A stretch of 64,000 nucleotides of DNA. Origin: an uncultured delta proteobacterium. Lineage in GTDB: Bacteria > Myxococcota > Myxococcia > Myxococcales > Myxococcaceae. Positions within the stretch are counted from its first letter, which is position 1; every line of letters begins with the position of its first letter. The stretch spans positions 3,456,001-3,520,000 of the forward strand of contig CAWCKH010000004.1 in NCBI GenBank assembly GCA_963796055.1. The letters are read 5' to 3'. The position numbers and the translations under genes were made by a program. Shown piece after piece: positions 56,542 through 64,000 of the stretch. The notes beneath the pieces were generated by a model that was not told where the DNA came from, searched no databases, and worked only from the letters and a program-made list of their open reading frames with translations.

Positions 56542-57671
56542 TGGCCCAGGTGACGCCACCGGCCGGGTTCCAGCCGCGGAGCGAGGCGCCTTTGATGAAG
56601 GCGCGCTCGCTGGTGCACCTGCGGCACCGGCGCCGTGATCTCGACGAGGCGATCCGCTTCTACACCGACTTCGGCCTCGAGCTCGCGGTGCGGTCCGAGG
56701 GCGCCGCCTACCTGAGATCGGCCGGTGGTGGACCGATCTGCCTCATCCTCGAGGCCGGCCCACACGACGCGCTGGTGGCCCTCGCCGTCGAGGCCGAGAG
56801 CGAAGATGCGCTTCACCGTCTCGCCGCGAAGGTCGGTTGCGCCGTCGAGGAGCGCCGCGAGCCGGGCGGCGGCCTCGTGCTCCGGCTCCGGGATCCGGGG
56901 GACCTCCAGGTGGAGGTCGTGCACGGCGTCGAGGCCTCGCCGGTCCGGGCGCCTCCCGCTCCGGTGCCGGTCAACAGCTTCGACCGGCCGGTTCGGATCA
57001 ACACGCCGCGACCGGCGGTGCTGGGTCCTGCCTGGGTCCGGCGGCTCGGGCACGTGGTGCTGGGTCGCCAGGAATTCGGCCGGAATGCCCGCTGGTACAT
57101 GGAGACGCTGGGCCTCATCGCCACCGACGTGGAGGTGCTCGTCGAGCTGGGAGAGCCCATCGTGGCGTTCCTGCGCTTCGACCGGGGCGATGCCCCGGCG
57201 GACCACCACTCCATCGTCGTTGCCGCAGCGCCCGAGGATGGGTACCTGCATTCCGCCTTCGAGTCCACCGACGTGGACGCGCTCGGGGCGGGAGCGGAGT
57301 GGCTGCAGCAGCAGGGCTGGGTCAAGTCGTGGGGCATCGGCCGCCACGTGCTCGGCTCGCAGCTCTTCTGCTACCACATCGATCCGCGCGGCTTCGAGGT
57401 CGAGCACTACACCGACGGCGACATGTTCGACGCCTCGCACCCCACCGCCTGGCACGAGGCGGGTCTTCCGGGGCTGTACCTCTGGGGGCCGGTGCTGCCG
57501 CCGCACTTCGTCGACACCGGCCTCACTCCGGCCCGCATCGCCCGGGTCGTCCGCGGACTGCGCACGCGCCCGGAGTTCACGGTCAGGAAGCTGCTGGCCA
57601 CCAAGCGGCTCTACTCGAGGCCGCCGCGCCCGTGGGCAGGCCGGCGGTTCGTTCGACCTCGCCCTCGCTGA
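56541..57671 (+). CDS. VOC family protein, extradiol ring-cleavage dioxygenase-like
   Basis: FYTDFGL, LGHVVL, DHH, HSAFE, WGIGRHVLGSQ, EHYTDGD. Confidence 0.88.
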   Translation: MAQVTPPAGFQPRSEAPLMKARSLVHLRHRRRDLDEAIRFYTDFGLELAVRSEGAAYLRSAGGGPICLILEAGPHDALVALAVEAESEDALHRLAAKVGCAVEERREPGGGLVLRLRDPGDLQVEVVHGVEASPVRAPPAPVPVNSFDRPVRINTPRPAVLGPAWVRRLGHVVLGRQEFGRNARWYMETLGLIATDVEVLVELGEPIVAFLRFDRGDAPADHHSIVVAAAPEDGYLHSAFESTDVDALGAGAEWLQQQGWVKSWGIGRHVLGSQLFCYHIDPRGFEVEHYTDGDMFDASHPTAWHEAGLPGLYLWGPVLPPHFVDTGLTPARIARVVRGLRTRPEFTVRKLLATKRLYSRPPRPWAGRRFVRPRPR

Positions 57672-57682
57672 GGACACAACAG

Positions 57683-58645
57683 ATGGCAACTCACCTCGTC
57701 CGTTACGAGCACGGAGGGCGCCATCGCTGGGGCGTGGTGCGCGGCGCGAGCATCGCCCCGCTGGACGGGGAGTACCCGACCACGGCGTCGCTCATCGAGC
57801 GCGGCGAGGCTGACTGGCGGGCGGCCGCAACCCGCGCCCCGTCCCTGGAGCTGGCGAAGGTCACTCTGCTCTCGCCGGTGACCGCGCCTGCGCGCGTGAT
57901 CTGCCAGGGCGCCAACTATCGTCAGCACATGATCGAGTCGGGCCTCGACCCGGACGCCAAGCGTTTCAACATGTTCTTCGAGAAGTCGGACGCCTCGATC
58001 AGCGCCCCGGTCGGGTCGCTCGTCCGGCCGTCACACGTGCAGCTGCTCGACTACGAGATCGAGCTGGCGATCGTCTTCCGGAACCCGATCTCGGGACCGG
58101 TCACCGTGACCCCCGGGACCCTGCACGAGTACGTTTTCGGGGTGACGATCGCCAACGACGTGTCAGCGCGTGACGTGCAGCTGCCGCAGATGCAGTTCTT
58201 CAAGGGGAAGAGTTATCGTGGCTTCTGCCCGCTCGGCCCCAACCTCGCGGTGCTGGACCCGGGCGAGCTCCGGTGCCTGGACCAGCTCACACTCACCCTG
58301 AAGGTCAACGACGCCGTGCGCCAGCAGGACTCCACCGCGAACCTCGTCTTCAAGCCTGCCGAGACGATCACCGAGCTCTCCACCTTCTGCGACCTTTCCC
58401 CCGGTGACGTGCTCCTGACCGGCACGCCCGCGGGCTGTGCGCTGAGAGCGCCGCCGCCGCTCGTGCGTCGCCTGATGCAGCTGGTGCTCCCCGAGCCGAA
58501 GCTGTGGGCGACCTTCACCCGGGTCCAGGCGAGGCGCCCGCAGTACCTCAGGCCGGGCGACGTCGTCCGTGGCACCATTGCCAGCGCGGACGGCGTGATC
58601 GACCTGGGCGAGCAGCGCCACGTCGTCGAGGGCGCGACCGCGTGA
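57683..58645 (+). CDS. fumarylacetoacetate hydrolase family protein
   Basis: CQGANY, LDYEIEL, NDVSARD, GKS, LTGTPAG. Confidence 0.92.
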   Translation: MATHLVRYEHGGRHRWGVVRGASIAPLDGEYPTTASLIERGEADWRAAATRAPSLELAKVTLLSPVTAPARVICQGANYRQHMIESGLDPDAKRFNMFFEKSDASISAPVGSLVRPSHVQLLDYEIELAIVFRNPISGPVTVTPGTLHEYVFGVTIANDVSARDVQLPQMQFFKGKSYRGFCPLGPNLAVLDPGELRCLDQLTLTLKVNDAVRQQDSTANLVFKPAETITELSTFCDLSPGDVLLTGTPAGCALRAPPPLVRRLMQLVLPEPKLWATFTRVQARRPQYLRPGDVVRGTIASADGVIDLGEQRHVVEGATA

Positions 58646-59313
58646 AGCGCTCGAGCAACGCGATCGACCACCGGGTCCGTGTCGGCCGGCAGCGGAGCGC
58701 GCGCACCGAGAGCCGGATCGTGGAGGCCGCGCTCCGCGTCTTCGCCGAGCGGGGGCCGGACGCACCGGTCATCGACGACTTCGTCAAGGCGGCCGGGGTC
58801 GCCCGCGGGACCTTCTACAACCACTTCGAAGGAGTGGAGGAGCTGCTCCAGGCGACGTCGGCCTGGACCACGCGCGAGGTGCTCCAGTCCATCGAGGAGG
58901 CGATCGCCGGGATCGAGGGCCCCGTGCTCCGGTTTGGCGTGGGGCTCCGGCTGTTCTTCCTCCGTGCCCAGCGCGACCCGGTGTGGTCACGATTCGTGGC
59001 CCGGGTCTGGAAGGTCGGGGGCCTCGAGCTGCCGGTCCGGGACCTCGACGAGGCCATCCGCCTCGGGCACTTCCGGGTGCCCGGCCGCGAGGCGGCCCAG
59101 GATCTGCTGTTCGGAGGCATCCGCGAGGCGATGCATCGCATCGGTGAGGGCCGCGTCGGTCCCTCGTTCGGCGACCAGATGACGGAGATTTGTCTCCAGG
59201 CGCTCCACGCGGAGCCACGCCGAATCGCCGCGGTCCTCGCCCACGAGCTTCCCGCCCTCACGGACCAGGCCTCGAGGCGGGCCGGTCGAGGAGGGGCGTC
59301 CCTGGCGGGGTAG
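58642..59313 (+). CDS. TetR/AcrR family regulator of the catabolic cluster
   Basis: IDD..AAGVARGTFYNHF; GTGA overlap with the upstream gene. Confidence 0.9.
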   Translation: MKRSSNAIDHRVRVGRQRSARTESRIVEAALRVFAERGPDAPVIDDFVKAAGVARGTFYNHFEGVEELLQATSAWTTREVLQSIEEAIAGIEGPVLRFGVGLRLFFLRAQRDPVWSRFVARVWKVGGLELPVRDLDEAIRLGHFRVPGREAAQDLLFGGIREAMHRIGEGRVGPSFGDQMTEICLQALHAEPRRIAAVLAHELPALTDQASRRAGRGGASLAG

Positions 59314-59447
59314 GGCGGTCAGAACCGGAACGACACCGCGGCCTCGGCCGTTCCGGCAAAGGGGAGACCGGGATTCATCGTCGGAGCAATCTTCCCCGGA
59401 ACTCTGCTGGATGCGGCAGTTTCCGGTGGCGCCCCAGTCGCGCTGGC

Positions 59448-60206
59448 TCAGTAGCGCACGTTGGGCGCGCCGAGCAGCAGCTGGTTGGCCTCAAGGAGGT
59501 AGTATTGCGCCAGCTGTGCGTTCCTTTGGGCGAGCGCCGCCCGCGCCGCCTCGACAAAGCGAGCGGCCTCCGCCACGCGGGAGGCCTCGACAGCAGAACC
59601 CGCTTCCGACGCCGCAGCGGCGGTCCGCCGCAGGGAGGCGCGCGTGGACTCGAGGGAGTCTGCGTTCCAGTCACCCATGGCCTGGAGCGACTGGAGAGCC
59701 CCATCGATCGCGATGCGCGCCCCATTCAGCTGCCCGGCCCGCTGGGCCTGCGCGTTCCGCTCGGCGATGCGCGCCGCCTCGGACGCCTGCTGCTGGGCGG
59801 CGATCTGTTGAAGCGCCTCCGTCTGAGCGCGTGACTGCTCGAGCAGCGCCTCCGTTTGGGCGCGCGATTGCTCGAGCAGCGCCTCCATGTATGGGTCCGG
59901 CTGACCGTCCGTCGACTCGGCGCGCGCCCTCTTCTTCCGCGGCGTTCCGGAGTCGGGGCCCACATGCTCCTGGACCGAGACGCGCGGCGATGGCTCGGGC
60001 GCATCGTCGACCGCGTTGATCTGGACGACGCCACCCCGGGGCTGTACCGATGGAATCCCGGGGCGCGGCTGATCGCCGCGGGTCGTGCCAGCGTCCGGCG
60101 AGCGGGCAGGAGTTCCGACATCCTGAAATGCACGGGAAGCGGGCGATGCCATGGATGGGCCCGCGGCAGCCGAAGCGAGGACCGCAGAGAGGAGGAGCGG
60201 AGTCAT
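59448..60206 (-). CDS. secreted helical hypothetical protein
   Basis: Signal peptide, low-complexity linker, coiled-coil with EALLEQSRAQT repeats. Confidence 0.7.
   Translation of the reverse strand: MTPLLLSAVLASAAAGPSMASPASRAFQDVGTPARSPDAGTTRGDQPRPGIPSVQPRGGVVQINAVDDAPEPSPRVSVQEHVGPDSGTPRKKRARAESTDGQPDPYMEALLEQSRAQTEALLEQSRAQTEALQQIAAQQQASEAARIAERNAQAQRAGQLNGARIAIDGALQSLQAMGDWNADSLESTRASLRRTAAAASEAGSAVEASRVAEAARFVEAARAALAQRNAQLAQYYLLEANQLLLGAPNVRY
59812..59886. repeat. in-frame 33-bp tandem repeat, about 2.3 copies
   Basis: AGCGCCTCC recurs at 59812, 59845 and 59878. Confidence 0.85.
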
Positions 60207-60277
60207 CTAGACCGTTTGGCGACTCAAGTGGAGATTGGTCGTCTCTGGGAAACCCGTTGTTTCGCCGGTCCGGGCGC

Positions 60278-60560
60278 ATCTGCAAGCACCGGGTCGAGGC
60301 GGAGGACAACCGGCCCCGTGCCTGCCCCAAGCACGGGACCGACCACATCCACGTCGCCGCGGAGGTCCGGCAACTCGGGTTCCACGACCTCCGCCGGAGT
60401 CACGCCAGCCTCCTCGCGCACGCCGGCGTCAGCACCGCCATCGCCCAGAAGCTGATGCGGCACTCGGATCCGAAGCTGACCGAGCGGGTCTACACCGTGG
60501 TGGACGTGGAGACGCTCCGGCGGGAGGTCGGCCGGATGTCGTTCGCTCGGGCCGTGTCCC
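60278..60560 (+). pseudogene. tyrosine recombinase/integrase C-terminal remnant
   Basis: FHDLRRS, LMRHSD, VYT catalytic motifs; N-terminal part absent; next to tRNA 3' end. Confidence 0.85.
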
Positions 60561-60660
60561 CACGTGTGTCCCCGGAGCGGGGACAAACCGCACGGAAGGC
60601 GCTCCCTTCGGGATCGGAGGAGCTGCTCGCTGCCCGTGACTGCAAGGACTTGCCTGCGAG

Positions 60661-60734
60661 TGACCCCGACAGGGATCGAACCTGTGACCTAGCGTTTAGG
60701 AAACGCTCGCTCTATCCAACTGAGCTACGGGGCC
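60661..60734 (-). tRNA. tRNA-Arg (anticodon CCT), CCA not encoded
   Basis: GGCCCCG/CGGGGTC acceptor stem, AGCGT-TTCCTAA-ACGCT anticodon arm, GGTTCGATCC T-arm. Confidence 0.96.
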
Positions 60735-60756
60735 GGTGCGCTCCTCTACCCGGAGT

Positions 60757-62061
60757 TCACGGAGGAGGGAAGTGCGTCCACCCACGGCCCCACCGGCCAG
60801 ACCTGCTCCGGCCAGCCTCCGTCTCGAAGGGCGCGTCCGCGGCCTCGAGCGTCATCCCCCGGGCCCGGAGCCGCTCCACCAGCACCTGACCCAGTCCGCT
60901 GGCCGGCGTGAGGACCCCTCCCCGCGTCGGCCCGCCGGGCAGCCGCGCCCCGTCGACCGCCAGCGCCAGCGCCGCCTCGCAGAGGCACTTCACGGTGACG
61001 GTGTTCCCCGGGTCTCCCTGGTCCTTCACCAGGCCGAACGCGCGACGCCCGTCCTCGCCGGTGGCCAGCAGGTCCACCCGGAACCATCCGTTCCGGCGCA
61101 CCTCCTCCGAGGGCCCGGTGCCGGGCGGGGGCAGCATCCGCTTGAGCAGCGGCCGTAGCGGTGAGGCGAGCGCCAGCTGCGCGCCGGCGATCCCGACCGC
61201 GAGCATCGTGGCCCGGGTCCGACTCCTCACTGCCATGAACTCGCGGTAGGTGAAGTGGGCTCCGTAGGGCGTGCCCGCCTCCGCGGCGAGCATCGCGCTC
61301 CGGCGGACCACCCGCGTGTTCACCACCGCCATCACGAACGGCGCGAGCCAGCGCCGCAGCTCCGGGTCCCAGCGCACGCCCTTCGGGTCACGGGCGCGGA
61401 GGAACTCCTCGCGGCTCAGCCGCGGCCGCCCGGGCCCGTCGAGGAGGAACGGGTGCCCGGACCGGCGCGCCTGTCCGGTGTCGAAGAGCTGCACCGCCGT
61501 CGCCGCGGTCCCTCCGTTCAGCGCCGCGCGGACCCGGAACGCCGCCACCACCCCCGCGCAGCCCGTCCCCCGGCTCCGGAGATGCTCCACCACCACCAGC
61601 GCGCCGAGGTCGCTCGGCACCGAGTCAAAACCAGAAAAGGGGATGATGCGGGTGCCGTCCGCCGCCGCCTGCACGTGGTGCCGCGCGATGACGTCTGCCA
61701 CCCAGGGCGTCTCGCCAGTGATGTCCACGTAGTGCGCCCGGTGCCGCACGCAGGCGTCCACCACCGCGTTCCCGTAAGCGGCGAACGGGCCCGCGGTGGA
61801 GAGCACCACCCGCGCCCGTGACACCGCCGCGTCCACCGTCTCCGGCCGCGTGCTGTCCGCCTCGAGGAGCTCCGCCGGCCGCCCCGGTCCGTCCGCCGCG
61901 TCCCGCGCCGCCTCGAGCTTGCCGCGGTGGCGCCCCGCCAGCGCCCAGCGCAGTCCCGGCGGAGCGTGCCGCGAGAACTCGGCCACCGTCAGCCGGCCGG
62001 TGAAGCCGCCGGCGCCGTAGAGCAGGACGTCGATCGGACGTGTGGTCATCGGGCGCGTCAT
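60757..62061 (-). CDS. saccharopine dehydrogenase-like / trans-acting enoyl reductase family oxidoreductase
   Basis: YGAGGFTG, AGPF..YG, YVDITGE, GFDSVPSDLG, GGVLTPA. Confidence 0.9.
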   Translation of the reverse strand: MTRPMTTRPIDVLLYGAGGFTGRLTVAEFSRHAPPGLRWALAGRHRGKLEAARDAADGPGRPAELLEADSTRPETVDAAVSRARVVLSTAGPFAAYGNAVVDACVRHRAHYVDITGETPWVADVIARHHVQAAADGTRIIPFSGFDSVPSDLGALVVVEHLRSRGTGCAGVVAAFRVRAALNGGTAATAVQLFDTGQARRSGHPFLLDGPGRPRLSREEFLRARDPKGVRWDPELRRWLAPFVMAVVNTRVVRRSAMLAAEAGTPYGAHFTYREFMAVRSRTRATMLAVGIAGAQLALASPLRPLLKRMLPPPGTGPSEEVRRNGWFRVDLLATGEDGRRAFGLVKDQGDPGNTVTVKCLCEAALALAVDGARLPGGPTRGGVLTPASGLGQVLVERLRARGMTLEAADAPFETEAGRSRSGRWGRGWTHFPPP

Positions 62062-62230
62062 GTCACACCCGAAGTGCTGCGTCGCACGCATCGGGTGTCT
62101 CCGTCATGCAACACGGATGACACACATTGTCGGATGCAAGTGCCTGATTTGACCCTGAGCCAATCGATGGTTCAATGCGTGCAACGTCAGAGGCACGTGG
62201 CCGTCACTCAAAGGTCACAAAGGAGCCGCC

Positions 62231-62557
62231 GTGAACCTGCTCTCCGCGATCCTGTCGAATGCCTCGGACGCCCGGCGCGGGGGAGTCGCGCTCTCCTCGG
62301 CGCTGCTCGCCGGGCCCGTCCTGGTCATCGCGCAGCCCGGCACTGGCGCCATCCTCCTCGCGGTCTCGGTCGTTGCCGTGGCCGCGGTGCTCGAGGGGCG
62401 GGCGCGTGGCGCAGCTCGACGCCGTGAGGGCACGCGCCTCGGGCTCACCGTCGTGTCGATGCCTTCGCGTCGCCCTCCACCGCAAGGCGGCCCGCGGGCG
62501 AGGTGGGAAGTGGTCGAGCGCGACGGACAGCGCTCGCTGTCGATGCGCTGGCGCTGA
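62231..62557 (+). CDS. small two-TM hypothetical protein
   Basis: AAGGAG RBS before GTG; two hydrophobic segments. Confidence 0.5.
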   Translation: MNLLSAILSNASDARRGGVALSSALLAGPVLVIAQPGTGAILLAVSVVAVAAVLEGRARGAARRREGTRLGLTVVSMPSRRPPPQGGPRARWEVVERDGQRSLSMRWR

Positions 62558-62786
62558 CGCCGGCCGGGCCTCTCCGGGTCATTTCCCGGCGCGGGTGTCG
62601 CCTTCGACGCGCGCCTGCGCCCGCCGCCGCCAGCGCCAGCGCCAGCGCGGCCAGCACCACTGCAGTGGACCATGTTCGCCTCGGCACGGGGCCCGCGTCC
62701 GGCCGGCGACCTTTTCGGCCGGTCGCGGCGTGCGCCGGGTCGCGGAAAGGCGTAAGTCCGCGGTGGACGGACAGGAGGACTCCGCC

Positions 62787-63207
62787 ATGGCCAGCATCAG
62801 CAGTTACGTGGTCCGGGACGTGCTCGGGCTGAACGCAGACGCCACCTGCCGCGAGGCTGCGGAGCTGATGTCGCGGAGACACATCGGCGCGGTCGCGGTG
62901 AAGCAGGGTGGCCGCATCGTCGGCCTCATCACCGAGCGGGATCTCGGTGACCCGCATCCTCTCGCGGGGCCTCGACTGCCAGACGCCCATCCTCGAGGCG
63001 ATGCGGCGCGACGTCCCGGTCGTGGGCCCGGACCTGAACGAGGTCGAGTGCGCCACCCTCATGAAGGAGCACGAGACCCGTCACCTCCTGGTCGGCGAGG
63101 ACGGCGCGGCGAGCGGGCTCATCTCCATGCGCGACGTGATGCAGATGATGCTCTCGGACAAGCAGTACCTGATCGAGCAGATGCAGTCGTACATCCAGGG
63201 GTACTGA
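62787..63207 (+). pseudogene. CBS-domain protein with +1 frameshift at about 62946 (real or sequencing error)
   Basis: AGGAGG RBS; GLITERDL then an extra G, then VTRIL..GLISMRD in the next frame. Confidence 0.82.
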
Positions 63208-63534
63208 GCGGGTGCCTGGCGCGAAGCCGGGGTGGCAATTCCTGCGCGGGGCTTGACGCAGCGTGGGGGCCATGCGACGCGTCACGAGGCGCCAAGGCTT
63301 CGAAAATTCGGCATCGACCGTCCTCACTCGGACGGTCCAGTGATGGATCCATGGCACCCTGTTGCGGCATGTGCTTCGCATGCCAAACTCATGTCGGGGA
63401 CTGTGCGGTTGGCCGGGGTTGCGGGCCGGGCATAACATCCGCCAGTACCCCGGGTTGAGGCCCACGGTGGGCCCGAAAGGACGGGGAGGACGACGGTGGC
63501 TGCAGAGGCAGCTCAGAGGCCGGAGGCCGGACGG

Positions 63535-63741
63535 ATGCTCCATCCGACGGGATTCGTACTGAAGACCTTGCAGGTCCTCGGTTCCGGCGGTGTGGCCGGC
63601 GTGCTCGGCGGCGTCGCTTCACAGACGGTGTGGGTCGGCGTGTGCTTCGGCATCGCCGGCGCCCTGGCGGCCCTCACGTTCATGGACTGTCGCTGTGCCT
63701 GCGTGAAGCCCGGCTCGGACCTCGACGAAGACCAGCCCTAG
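63535..63741 (+). CDS. small two-TM protein with CxCxC motif
   Basis: GGAGG RBS; hydrophobic hairpin, DCRCACV, acidic tail; alternative start 63496. Confidence 0.5.
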   Translation: MLHPTGFVLKTLQVLGSGGVAGVLGGVASQTVWVGVCFGIAGALAALTFMDCRCACVKPGSDLDEDQP

Positions 63742-63915
63742 CTCGAGGCGGGTCGCGGTGGCGCATTTCCGCCCTGCAAGCCGGCGCAGGGCGGGATACT
63801 GGAGAGGTCGACTCCAGTCCACCGCCGTTGCATTTCTCTCCCTCCTGACACGTCGGACTGGACGATCGGGGCCATCGCTCCGAATTTCACCGCTTTCCGG
63901 AGACCGACCACCACC

Positions 63916-64000
63916 GTGCGCGCCCTCGTCCTTTCCCTGCTGCTTGCCGCCACCGCCCAGGCCGAGACCGCCACCGGGGCGCTCAAGGCCCGCGACGCGG
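63916..64000 (+). CDS. secreted protein, 3'-truncated by window edge
   Basis: Signal peptide MRALVLSLLLAATAQA, open to the end. Confidence 0.45.
   Translation, partial: MRALVLSLLLAATAQAETATGALKARDA

Noticed and set aside
459..57689. Long overlapping ORFs such as 459-2231, 9961-12261, 19258-21813, 32077-34479, 43702-45903 and 56160-57689
   Set aside because: Antisense or off-frame shadows of recognised genes, Arg/Pro/Gly-rich and motif-free, as expected at high GC
60050..60889. 279-aa ORF as a full integrase
   Set aside because: Only the central part is integrase-like; the rest overlaps another gene and the tRNA antisense
62620..62655. (GCC)n/(CCAGCG)n low-complexity run
   Set aside because: Short and common in GC-rich DNA
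63351..63365. TGGCACCCTGTTGC as a sigma54 promoter
   Set aside because: Spacing is GG-N9-GC, one base short of the required N10
1..64000. CRISPR array, rRNA, intact IS/transposase or prophage
   Set aside because: No regularly spaced repeat-spacer units or recognisable genes; the GH19-like genes have no holin or phage neighbours

Overview
GC-rich bacterial DNA; the gene content (Ser/Thr kinase-beta-propeller receptors, an FHA-sigma54 activator, many lipoproteins) suggests Myxococcota, which is inference. About 1-60.6 kb looks like an accessory region ending at a tyrosine-integrase remnant beside the 3' end of tRNA-Arg(CCT) at 60661-60734. It carries: fermentation/stress genes (phosphotransacylase-ackA, adhP, chaB, AI-2E, dcu, fabI); an mlaEFD-pqiC operon; a BamA/TamA-like barrel coupled to a kinase-fold lipoprotein; two GH19-like proteins lacking the catalytic Glu; a duplicated 48-aa ORF with sigma54 promoters; three paralogous kinase-propeller receptors next to an FHA-sigma54 activator; an NTT-HEAT / cNMP-binding / PncC-NadD-like operon plus a second NTT; a block with two TetR paralogs, RND pump, Kir channel, ECF sigma and a repeated operator; and an aromatic catabolic cluster. 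No CRISPR array, rRNA or intact transposase was seen. All calls are by eye from motifs; no database search was run.
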